DNA of 20,000 nt from an uncultured virus (IMG/VR IMGVR_UViG_3300032292_000851). Taxonomy: Duplodnaviria > Heunggongvirae > Uroviricota > Caudoviricetes. Positions 1 to 8,472 of the stretch are shown piece after piece. The stretch lies in IMG/VR virus record IMGVR_UViG_3300032292_000851; one strand, 5' to 3'. The notes beneath the pieces are model-generated. The model made no database searches and was not told where the DNA came from. It saw only the letters and a program-made list of their open reading frames with translations. Made by a program: the position numbers and the translations under genes. How positions within the stretch are numbered: the stretch's first letter is position 1; every line of letters starts with the position of its first letter.

Positions 1-217
1 GATTACCAGAGTCAATACCTAAATATTCAATACTAGCTTGTCCAATCGTTTGTTTAAAAGCCGAATTAGCCCAAGTAGTTACAAAAGCATCTCTAACATC
101 TCTAGGTGATATTAATTTTTGGGTATTATCAGGTAAATCTAATAGAACACTGTTAATATCCTGCTTTCTCAAAGCTTCTGTTGGTGTTCCAACACTTATA
201 CTATATGTAGCTGGCAT
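1..217 (-). CDS. Partial hypothetical protein, possibly virion structural; runs off the window edge
   Basis: Manual translation from ATG at 217: MPATYSISVGTPTEALRKQDINSVLLDLPDNTQKLISPRDVRDAF..., open to position 1; AATATATA motif upstream at 238-245. Confidence 0.7.
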   Translation of the reverse strand, partial: MPATYSISVGTPTEALRKQDINSVLLDLPDNTQKLISPRDVRDAFVTTWANSAFKQTIGQASIEYLGIDSGN

Positions 218-276
218 TTAATCTTATTCTTTTTTTGTATATATTAAAAAGACAAGACTATTTATTGGTTTAAAAC

Positions 277-302
277 AAAAAAAGTCCTGAAGGACTTTTT
301 TT
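277..302. terminator. Intrinsic terminator after the 131-aa ORF
   Basis: A7-GTCC-TGAA-GGAC-T-run hairpin. Confidence 0.7.
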
Positions 303-697
303 TAATTGAATAAAAATTCTAATTTCATTAAATCTTTGACTCTAGCAGTTTGTAAATTTAAATCTTCAAAATTAATTTTATCATATCCTATCTCATTCTC
401 AACACTCATAAAATCCTCCATATCAGCAGAAAATGATTCTATATTTTTAATATTAATACCTATTGGATTACCTTGGTCATCCTTAGCTTGAACAACTTTA
501 CCTTCTTCATCCTTTTCAGAGTGTTTACTAATAATCATTTGTTCCATCTTATTCTTATCATCAACAATAGAAGATATTTCTTTAATAATTCTCATTAATT
601 TAAATGCCACCGAAGCGTTAATATCAACATCAACTAATTTATTTAGAGCGGCAATTGTTTCATCATTTAATTGTGAGTTTCTTATTATAATAGACAT
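302..697 (-). CDS. Hypothetical phage protein, 131 aa
   Basis: Clean ORF, A-rich start region, terminator downstream; no motif I can confidently assign. Confidence 0.75.
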   Translation of the reverse strand: MSIIIRNSQLNDETIAALNKLVDVDINASVAFKLMRIIKEISSIVDDKNKMEQMIISKHSEKDEEGKVVQAKDDQGNPIGINIKNIESFSADMEDFMSVENEIGYDKINFEDLNLQTARVKDLMKLEFLFN

Positions 698-708
698 AAT
701 TTTATATT

Positions 709-1425
709 TTATTTTATTGGTTCTACTAAACCATTGATTCTTGATTTTATTATTTCAAAATACTTTTCATCTCTTTCCATCACTATATATTTTCTATCAG
801 TTAATATACAAGCGTGTGCTGTTGTACCAGTACCAGCAAAGTTATCTAAAACCAAGTCACCAGAATTAGAATGTTTATTTACAATATCAATAATCAATTG
901 TAACGGCTTTTGAGTTGGATGTTCATATCTTTCTTTACCGTGACAAATTGGATATCTATAGGTACCATTATCATAGACAGAATGAAAAGTAGGTTTCTTT
1001 CCTTTTACAAAAGTAAAGAAGTATTCAATAGCATTTGATAAGTAATTTAACTTAGAATTAATAGGAACTGGATTTGATTTTTGCCACTGACAAACTCTTG
1101 GTTGTTTGAATTTGTATTTATCAGCCATAGTTTTAATCTCGGTTGATTTCCAAACATCATAGAAAATGATTAAAGTTCCACCATCTCTTAAAACACGATT
1201 GTACTCTTTGAAAAGAAAATCCCAATCTAGTTCGCCTTTATCCCAATCTCCAAAATCAATTGATACTTTACCATACTTTGTTATTAATTCTTTTGAAGCG
1301 TCATCTGAATAATTTGAAAAGCCAGATGGTCTGGATATTAAGTATGGTGGATCAACTAAAATCAAATCCACAGACTTACTTTCAACATTTTTTATTAACT
1401 CAAAACAATCACCTTGTAAAATCAT
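709..1425 (-). CDS. Orphan beta-class N6A/N4C DNA methyltransferase
   Basis: DPPY (motif IV) precedes HPTQKP and DNFAGTGTT (motif I); likely start is ATG 1425 rather than TTG 1428. Confidence 0.92.
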   Translation of the reverse strand: MILQGDCFELIKNVESKSVDLILVDPPYLISRPSGFSNYSDDASKELITKYGKVSIDFGDWDKGELDWDFLFKEYNRVLRDGGTLIIFYDVWKSTEIKTMADKYKFKQPRVCQWQKSNPVPINSKLNYLSNAIEYFFTFVKGKKPTFHSVYDNGTYRYPICHGKERYEHPTQKPLQLIIDIVNKHSNSGDLVLDNFAGTGTTAHACILTDRKYIVMERDEKYFEIIKSRINGLVEPIK

Positions 1426-1491
1426 CAAAGTATATATTCGACAACATGACCTTCGTGAAAATAATATATAATAAAAAATAACCAGTGAAAT

Positions 1492-2262
1492 ATGAACTTA
1501 GTAAATTTATTAAAAGGGTTATTAAACCTTCAAAAAAAAGTAGATATTAAATCTCTTCCTTCTCAAGGTTTATTCTATAATAATGACTTTGAAATCATTA
1601 TTAAAAAAGCTGATGTTGGTGACATCATTGAATATGAACACGATTATATTAAAGATGACTTAGGCTTAGTTATTACTAAACTTAAAAAAATTGTTGAGAA
1701 AAATACTACATTCTCATCTGGTTACAATTTCAACGACATCAAAAGTATTGATGTTGTTTTTATATTTTTAGAAATAGTTAGATTTACAAAAGGTAAGGCA
1801 GTAAAATTAACTTACTTTGATGATGAATTAGGTGAAGAAAAAATTATAGAATTCTCATCTAATTATTTTAATTACTTTAGACTTTCAGAAGAAGTAATGG
1901 AACATTATAATAAAGATTCTAAAGAATTTATTATAGAAGATTTCAAATTCAGCCTACCATCAATTGGTGTTGAAAACTGTGTTACAAATTATCTAATAGA
2001 CAAATCAGATGACTATGATGTTGCTAAATATAATGAATTTAACTATGACTTTATATTCTTTCTAGGAAATAAAAGAAGTGTTAATTTTAATGAAATAGAT
2101 AATTTAATTCAAATATTTAATTACGATATAGAAGAATCTGATTCTAAAAAAGTTAGAAAAGTAATTAAAATGTTTCAACCAATTCAAAAGTACTCTTTGA
2201 AAAGAGGAAATAAAATAATTGAAATCAACTCTAAGATAGACCTAGAAAAAATCTGGAAGTAA
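1492..2262 (+). CDS. Putative T4 gp26-like baseplate hub assembly protein
   Basis: N-terminal LPSQGLFY motif and ~250 aa size resemble gp26-like proteins; AATATATA at 1463-1470. Confidence 0.55.
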   Translation: MNLVNLLKGLLNLQKKVDIKSLPSQGLFYNNDFEIIIKKADVGDIIEYEHDYIKDDLGLVITKLKKIVEKNTTFSSGYNFNDIKSIDVVFIFLEIVRFTKGKAVKLTYFDDELGEEKIIEFSSNYFNYFRLSEEVMEHYNKDSKEFIIEDFKFSLPSIGVENCVTNYLIDKSDDYDVAKYNEFNYDFIFFLGNKRSVNFNEIDNLIQIFNYDIEESDSKKVRKVIKMFQPIQKYSLKRGNKIIEINSKIDLEKIWK

Positions 2263-2277
2263 TTTAATATATACTCT

Positions 2278-3021
2278 ATGAAACTTAAAAAGTATAACGA
2301 CTTTATTAAAGAGTCTTTTAGTACATCTCAACAATATGCTAATTTTTTAACATCTAAAGCTATATCAACTGATATATTCGATGATAGTTTATTTGATGTT
2401 AAACAATTTGCTAGAGTTAATAACTATAGATATGTAGTTGATACAAAAGGACATGCTGTTAATACTGAAATTGATGATAATGAAACGTATAGATTACTTT
2501 ATACTTGTCAAATTCAATACAGTTTAGTACCAGGTAAAAATGATTTTAATAAAATTCTTGATAATCTAAATACTATTAAGATATCTGTAGATGAAATGAT
2601 AGATAGAGTTGAAGAGGAAGGATTAAAAATTGAAAGTAATGAGTATTGGTCAGATAAAACAACAGGACACGAAAGAGTTATTCACACTTTTTCCATATCA
2701 TTTATTAGTGATGAAATAAGCACACAAGAATTAAAGGATATATTTAATACTTACAACACATCACAAGATAAAGAATACTTAGATGGTCTTAAACAACTTA
2801 GAAATATCTACAGAGAAGAAGGTATAGACTTTGATAGATATATGGACACCAATACCGACGCAATGGGGATGACCGCTGATGAGGAATATATTCAAGTTGG
2901 TGTGTTTTTAGGTGATGATTTATACGGTGTAGCCTCATATAATACAAAAACTAAACAATTCACTATAGATGAGGACGAAATAGTTGCCTCGGTAAACGCT
3001 TATAGAGAAGACAATCAATAA
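2278..3021 (+). CDS. Hypothetical protein with capsid-targeting-like N-terminus
   Basis: MKLKKYNDFIKES N-terminus; AATATATA at 2266-2273. Confidence 0.7.
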   Translation: MKLKKYNDFIKESFSTSQQYANFLTSKAISTDIFDDSLFDVKQFARVNNYRYVVDTKGHAVNTEIDDNETYRLLYTCQIQYSLVPGKNDFNKILDNLNTIKISVDEMIDRVEEEGLKIESNEYWSDKTTGHERVIHTFSISFISDEISTQELKDIFNTYNTSQDKEYLDGLKQLRNIYREEGIDFDRYMDTNTDAMGMTADEEYIQVGVFLGDDLYGVASYNTKTKQFTIDEDEIVASVNAYREDNQ

Positions 3022-3022
3022 A

Positions 3023-3048
3023 AAAACCCACTCAATTGAGTGGGTTTT
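3023..3048. terminator. Bidirectional intrinsic terminator between convergent genes
   Basis: Perfect palindrome AAAACCCACTCAATTGAGTGGGTTTT. Confidence 0.9.
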
Positions 3049-3056
3049 ATTTTTAA

Positions 3057-4508
3057 TTAAAGCTTGATAGCCTTAATCTCATTGTAAAGAGCCTTCTTAT
3101 CTAACTCCATCATTTTCATGATGTCAAAAACTTTATCGCTGAAGCCAGCTAAAGCGAAGACATTTTGTTCAGGGAACTGTAAAGTACCCATTCCAGCAAG
3201 ATCCCAAGAGTAAACGTATGGATTAGCACCAAACTTACTCTTATACTTAGAGAACTCAGCAGATGGAGTTGTATAACCCATCCAACCTTGCATGTCTGAC
3301 AAGATAATAACTCTATCATACTTCTTGTTAGCTCTATCAAAGATGGCTTTGAAATTGGTACCACCACCTGAGAATCTGAAGCTATTTCTAATAGTCATTA
3401 CAGAATCCATTGGATTATAAGACATATACTTAGCATCAGTAGAGAAAGTCATAACATCACAGTTATTAACTTTGGCCAAGATAGCACCAAACAATGAAGC
3501 AATCTCAGATGGTTTACCACTCATAGAACCAGAAACATCCATAACAACAAGTGTCTCACCATCAAATACTGGTACGTTAGCAACAGAAATATCAAGTGCT
3601 TGACCAATTGCCATAAGAACGTCTCTTACGTCTTTAGAAGAACCAATCTTACTGATTTCTTCATAAGCAGTTGAGAAACGGAATGGAAGAACTCTAGAGT
3701 TCTTAATCAATCTTTCATCAACCAACATTTCACAAGCTGAACTAACAGCAGTTGGAGATTGAGTGATGATGTTTCTCAAGTTTCTAAGAAGTGCGAAGTA
3801 GCCAATCTTCTTAGTAGAAATCAACTCTGACCAAGCATCGGCTTTCAATTTAGTCAAGTCTTCTTCAGACTCAGCTACTTGACCAGCTTGTGATAACATA
3901 GACTCCCAAGTTTGAGTGTTTTTCAACTCACCTTTAACAAGTGACTCAAGAGCCGCTTTATTTCTAACAGTTGGAATTGGATGAACAATGTTAACTAAGT
4001 CAACAAGTTTTACTTCTTTGTTATCACCTTTGTACTTAGCCAGTTGGTAACCATCAAACTTATCGAAAGCTTTAGCGAATCCTTTCTTCAAAGCATTTGG
4101 AAACTTAGGACTATCCTTAGAAGTCTTATAAGCTAAGTAATATGACATGATTTCAGTCATATCATCAACACGAACAACTACTTTGTCGTAGAAGTTTTTA
4201 CCCCACTCGGCACCCGATAGCTGTGACGTTAATTCACCAGCAAGGGCATGAGTAATACTTCTCATACCGAAACGGTCACGAGAAAAGATAGCCGCCTTAG
4301 CAACAAACTCTTTATCTTTTACTTTAGCAGAAAGTTTTCTCAAATCATCTAATGACGTTTGAGCATTTCTATAAAACTGGTCATTAACAAATGATGTTAA
4401 TAAAAGTGATACTAAAGCTAGTTCATCAGATTGTGAGTAAGCTTGTCCACCTGCTAGGTTTTCAGTTAAAGTCTTTGCCTTTGGCATTGTTGTGTTAAAT
4501 TTTGACAT
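3057..4508 (-). CDS. rsr: Ro60/Rsr RNA-binding protein (TROVE + vWA domains)
   Basis: TROVE hallmarks (NLAGGQAY, FDGYQLAKY, TWE, ALLRNLRNI, LPFRF) plus vWA MIDAS DVSGSM, GGGT and ILSDMQ. Confidence 0.95.
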   Translation of the reverse strand: MSKFNTTMPKAKTLTENLAGGQAYSQSDELALVSLLLTSFVNDQFYRNAQTSLDDLRKLSAKVKDKEFVAKAAIFSRDRFGMRSITHALAGELTSQLSGAEWGKNFYDKVVVRVDDMTEIMSYYLAYKTSKDSPKFPNALKKGFAKAFDKFDGYQLAKYKGDNKEVKLVDLVNIVHPIPTVRNKAALESLVKGELKNTQTWESMLSQAGQVAESEEDLTKLKADAWSELISTKKIGYFALLRNLRNIITQSPTAVSSACEMLVDERLIKNSRVLPFRFSTAYEEISKIGSSKDVRDVLMAIGQALDISVANVPVFDGETLVVMDVSGSMSGKPSEIASLFGAILAKVNNCDVMTFSTDAKYMSYNPMDSVMTIRNSFRFSGGGTNFKAIFDRANKKYDRVIILSDMQGWMGYTTPSAEFSKYKSKFGANPYVYSWDLAGMGTLQFPEQNVFALAGFSDKVFDIMKMMELDKKALYNEIKAIKL

Positions 4509-4541
4509 AATCTATATTTTAATTTTTAATTTATTTTAAAT

Positions 4542-4580
4542 AAAAAAGACCAGATAACATTTCTGTTTATCTGGTCTTTT
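4542..4580 (-). terminator. Intrinsic terminator/attenuator between the ncRNAs and ro60
   Basis: Minus strand AAAAGACCAGATAA-ACAGAAATG-TTATCTGGTCTTTTTT, ending about 33 nt before the ro60 ATG. Confidence 0.85.
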
Positions 4581-4588
4581 ATAATTTG

Positions 4589-4868
4589 CGCAAACAAGTA
4601 AATTTAGCCTAAGCGTTACAAAGAATTCTCCCGAAACTTTGCCTATAGTTGTAGTGACCATATCACTCAGTTCTTTATTTAAAGGAAGTTTCTGAATTCC
4701 TTGACTAACCTCTTAAAAAGAGTTTCAGGAGTCACCTGGACTTTTTCACTTTAATTCAGTACGTCCTCTCGGCTCCGAATTCAGTAGCTTTGCTGTCGCT
4801 TAGCACTTTTTCTGTCATAGTTTATATTTGAATATATCGAAGTATCTCAAACTATCGCTATGTCTGCG
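4589..4868 (-). ncRNA. Long (280 nt) Y-RNA-like structured RNA
   Basis: Ends pair: CGCAGACA/TGTTTGCG, TAGCGA opposite TTACT, TAGTTTGAG/CTTAGGCTA, then TACTTCGA; several internal hairpins; directly upstream of ro60. Confidence 0.75.
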
Positions 4869-4883
4869 TTTTAATTATATTGA

Positions 4884-4951
4884 CCAGAGTAAGTTATTAA
4901 AGAGTGTTTTTTTGAATTACATTTCGAAGTAACCCTTCAATTCACTACTGG
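4884..4951 (-). ncRNA. Short (68 nt) Y-RNA-like structured RNA
   Basis: CCAG/CTGG, TAGTGA opposite TTACT, ATTGAAGGGT/ACTCTTTAAT, and T-loop-like GTTAC-TTCGAAAT-GTAAT; same scaffold as the long RNA. Confidence 0.75.
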
Positions 4952-5088
4952 AGTATTTTAATTGTCTTTCTTTTATATCAGAAAATCAAAAAGTTTTAAT
5001 TTTCTTCAAAAAAGTTTTTTTTAATTTGTTTAGTATATATCAACCTCTAAAATTTCGTTTTTTTCAAAGGTGGATTTTTTATAGTCAT

Positions 5089-5120
5089 CAAAGATACTAA
5101 TTATATCAGTACTTTCCGAA
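5089..5120 (-). promoter_or_regulatory. Possible Bacteroidota-type promoter for the ncRNA-ro60 unit
   Basis: Minus strand TTCG-N20-TATCTTTG (consensus TTTG-N19-21-TAnnTTTG, one mismatch); GATATATA variant of the phage motif at 5034-5041. Confidence 0.45.
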
Positions 5121-5750
5121 ATGTTTTGAAACTTCCTCAATTAATTTTTCTAATTCTTCATCAGACATTTTATCAGAAAACTTCAAATCATCAGTGTTTA
5201 TAAAGTCTTCAGAGATTTCTTTCTGAACAGGAGTTAAGATATAATCAACAAATTCTAACTTTTCTTCATCGGTAAAACATTTAACCATTGATAAATACGA
5301 CCAATCTAATTTGTCTTTCCATTGTCTAATAAAATCAATTGATAAATCATTGGCACTAATAATAGACCAAAGATTTTTATCTTCAATAACTTTAGTATGG
5401 TTATCAAATGAATCTGATTGAGTAGAGATATAAAGTATCATTCTATCCCAATTTATATTTTCTTTATATTCAGTAATAAATTCATCAGATAAATTAGAAT
5501 AGGTAGTCATATTCAATTCATAGATATCTTCATTGTTAAAATATTCCAATTCTAGTGCCTTGTTTATAAAATCTTCAGAAAAACTCAATCCTTGTATAAG
5601 TACTTCTTTATCTAAAAGATCTGTACATTCTAAAATAGTATCTTCTGTTAATTCATAGTTTGTAGAAATATCATAAGTTGTATATCCATTAGATATCAAC
5701 TCAATTACCCAACCTCTATCTAATTTTTCTTCTATCTCAATTTTATTCAT
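5106..5750 (-). CDS. Hypothetical protein with degenerate LS-x-(D/E)FI...W repeats (tryptophan-repeat-like)
   Basis: LSDEFITEYKENINW and LSIDFIRQWKDKLDW; start moved to ATG 5750 because the 5813 extension runs through the nrdA terminator. Confidence 0.7.
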   Translation of the reverse strand: MNKIEIEEKLDRGWVIELISNGYTTYDISTNYELTEDTILECTDLLDKEVLIQGLSFSEDFINKALELEYFNNEDIYELNMTTYSNLSDEFITEYKENINWDRMILYISTQSDSFDNHTKVIEDKNLWSIISANDLSIDFIRQWKDKLDWSYLSMVKCFTDEEKLEFVDYILTPVQKEISEDFINTDDLKFSDKMSDEELEKLIEEVSKHFGKY

Positions 5751-5782
5751 AAAAATAATTTTCTTTTTATTTATATAATAAA

Positions 5783-5810
5783 AAAAGGGATTGTTCACAC
5801 AATCCCTTTT
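5783..5810 (-). terminator. Intrinsic terminator of nrdA
   Basis: AAAAGGGATTGT-TCAC-ACAATCCCTTTT. Confidence 0.88.
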
Positions 5811-5826
5811 CAATATTATTTAGTGA

Positions 5827-8373
5827 TTAAGAACCACAAGCTAAACAATCATCTGGATTATCAAGTGAACAACTAATTTCAGCCATTTGTTCGTCAACAG
5901 ATTTCTTTTGTTCTTCTTGTACTGTGAACTTAACAGCATCAGATGCTGCTTTATTTCTCAAGTAGTAGATACCTGTTTTAAGATTTGATTTCTTATCACG
6001 GTAACATCTTGGTTTACCATCTTTATCATAAATAACTTCAATAGTTTCACCTTGAGGAACATTAGGAGTACCATCAGCGTTCATAATGAAGTTTCTTCTT
6101 CCCCAACCATAAAAATGCATGGCTGTTAACTTCGCAAAGTTTGGAGAGTCCATAAAGATATTCATTGATTGTGTTTGGTCAATAAAGGCACCTCTATCAG
6201 CCGCCATATCAATAACATCTCTTTGCTTAATTTCATAAACTGTTTTGTAAACTTCTTTTAAGTTAGTTGGAACCTCAGGTATATTCTGAACAGAACCATT
6301 CTCATTAATAATCTTCTTTCTTAAATTATCACCCCATAAGTTTAACTTAACTAATTCTTTAACTAAGTATTTGTTTACTAAGATAAAAGTACCAGATAAA
6401 ACTGAACGAGTGTACATATTTGAAGTTTGAGCTTCACAAGATGCCTCATTACCTAAGATAGATGCTGTAGAAGCTGTTGGCATGATACAAGTTGTTAAAG
6501 AGTTTCTAACACCATACTTTTTAATATCTTCTCTTAATTTATCCCAATCCCATCTCTTAGTTGGAGTAACACCCCATAAGTCGAATTGTAATTTACCTTG
6601 AGAGATAGGTGAACCTTCATAAGTAGCATAAGCACCCTCAGTTTTGGCTAAGTCACAAGAAGCTTTAATCGAAGCATAGTAAATAGTTTCAAAGATTTCT
6701 TTGTTTATTGATTTAGCTTCTTCTGATTCATAAGGTAAACCTAACATAAAGAATACATCAGCTAAACCTTGAACACCTAATCCAATTGGTCTGTGTAATA
6801 AGTTAGAGAACTTAGCAGCAGGTGATGGATAAAAATTAACATCAATTACATTGTTTAAGTTAATTGTAGCCGCATAAGCCACTTCATATAACTTATTGAA
6901 GTTGTAAGTTTTGTTTTTGTTAATGAACTTAGGCAAAGCGATTGAAGCCAAGTTACAAACAGCAGTTTCATTTACTGATTCTTCACCATAGAACTCACTT
7001 AATCCTAACTTAGTAAGTAATTCTTTGTTTTTCAAAATCTCACCTTGAGTTTTTGTGATACCAGTTGCTTCAACAATTTCAGCGCATAAGTTAGAACTTC
7101 TAACTATACCAATGTTAGCTTGGTTTGATTTCTCATTGATAGAATCTTTATAAAGAATATAAGGAGTTCCTGTTTCAATTTGAGATTCTAGAATTTTATT
7201 CCAAACTTCTCTTGCTTTAAGAGTTCTTTTACCTTTTCCTAAATTTTCATATTTAGTATAAAGTTCTCTGAATTCTTGACCATAAGTTTCTGTTAAACCA
7301 GAACACTCATGAGGACACATCAAAGTCCAATCTTCATCAAGTTCAACTCTTTCCATGAACAAGTCATTCATCCACATAGCCAAGAATAAATCACGAGCAC
7401 GAACTTCATCTTTACCTTGGTTTTTACGAAGATCCAAGAATTCCATAATGTCTGAATGCCAAGGCTCCATATAAATAGCAATTGAACCTTTACGTTTACC
7501 ACCACCTTGGTCAACGGCTCTTGCTGTTTCATTAAAGATTTTCAAGAAAGGAATAATACCATTTGAAGTACCGTTAGTACCAGCAATGTAAGTTCCTTTA
7601 GATCTAACTTTAGTGAAAGAAATACCAATACCACCAGCATTCTTAGAAATTTGAGCAGATTCTTTAAGAGTATTAAAGATACCTTCAATAGAATCAGACT
7701 CTAAATCTAATAAGAAACAAGATGATAATTGTGGTCTACCTGTACCAGAATTAAATAAAGTTGGAGTTGCGTGAGTATAATATCCTTCTGAAAGTGTATT
7801 ATAAGTTTCAATAACTTTTTCTAAATTCTCACCCCATACTTGAAGAGCTGTTCTCATATACATATATTGAGGACGTTCAGCAACTTTACCATCTAATTTC
7901 AAAAGATAAGATTTCTCTAATGTTTTGAAACCAAAGTAATCAAAGTTATGGTCTCTTGAGTGAACAATTGCCGAATCAATCTCATCAGCATGTCTTTTAA
8001 CAATTCTATAAAATGATTCAGAAACAATTGGTGAATGTTTACCAGTTTTTGGATCAATATACTTATACAAATCCGTAACAGTTTCTGAAAAACTTTTCTT
8101 AGTTTCTTTGTGTAAGTTTGTGATTGCTAATCGAGCCGCTAATATAGAATAGTCTGGATGCTTAGTTGCCAATGATGCTGCTGTTTCCATTGCCAATTGG
8201 TCCAAAACTTGTGTTTTAATATCCGGCATAATACCTTCAATTACTTTTTGAGCCACCTCAAAAGGAATAATTAACTTGTCTAAACCATATGTTTGTTGAG
8301 TGATTCTATCTAAGATTTTATCTAACATTACCGGTTCTTTCTTCCCATTTCTTTTTACTACTTTTATATTCAT
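5827..8373 (-). CDS. nrdA: Ribonucleoside-diphosphate reductase class Ia alpha subunit with N-terminal ATP cone
   Basis: VVKRNG ATP cone, ATPTLFN, QLSSCF, DQGGGKRKG, SNLCAEI, AVCNLAS, MPTAST, KTGIYYLR, C-terminal CLACGS. Confidence 0.98.
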   Translation of the reverse strand: MNIKVVKRNGKKEPVMLDKILDRITQQTYGLDKLIIPFEVAQKVIEGIMPDIKTQVLDQLAMETAASLATKHPDYSILAARLAITNLHKETKKSFSETVTDLYKYIDPKTGKHSPIVSESFYRIVKRHADEIDSAIVHSRDHNFDYFGFKTLEKSYLLKLDGKVAERPQYMYMRTALQVWGENLEKVIETYNTLSEGYYTHATPTLFNSGTGRPQLSSCFLLDLESDSIEGIFNTLKESAQISKNAGGIGISFTKVRSKGTYIAGTNGTSNGIIPFLKIFNETARAVDQGGGKRKGSIAIYMEPWHSDIMEFLDLRKNQGKDEVRARDLFLAMWMNDLFMERVELDEDWTLMCPHECSGLTETYGQEFRELYTKYENLGKGKRTLKAREVWNKILESQIETGTPYILYKDSINEKSNQANIGIVRSSNLCAEIVEATGITKTQGEILKNKELLTKLGLSEFYGEESVNETAVCNLASIALPKFINKNKTYNFNKLYEVAYAATINLNNVIDVNFYPSPAAKFSNLLHRPIGLGVQGLADVFFMLGLPYESEEAKSINKEIFETIYYASIKASCDLAKTEGAYATYEGSPISQGKLQFDLWGVTPTKRWDWDKLREDIKKYGVRNSLTTCIMPTASTASILGNEASCEAQTSNMYTRSVLSGTFILVNKYLVKELVKLNLWGDNLRKKIINENGSVQNIPEVPTNLKEVYKTVYEIKQRDVIDMAADRGAFIDQTQSMNIFMDSPNFAKLTAMHFYGWGRRNFIMNADGTPNVPQGETIEVIYDKDGKPRCYRDKKSNLKTGIYYLRNKAASDAVKFTVQEEQKKSVDEQMAEISCSLDNPDDCLACGS

Positions 8374-8472
8374 ATTTTATTTAATTTTTTTGTCTTTTAT
8401 ATATTGGTTCATTTTTTTACTGAAAAATCTAAAATTTTAATTTTTTGAGGTTTTTTATACTGCTCAGAAAAA

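Noticed and set aside
4589..4951. tRNA, tmRNA or CRISPR interpretation of the structured intergenic region
   Set aside because: No cloverleaf, anticodon arm or CCA end; no tmRNA-type termini; only two divergent units without repeat-spacer periodicity
5751..5813. N-terminal extension of the 235-aa ORF
   Set aside because: It runs through the nrdA terminator hairpin; ATG 5750 has the typical A-rich context
5984..7068. NrdA insertions as inteins or introns
   Set aside because: Too short, in frame, and lacking C/S...HN-C/S/T splice junctions
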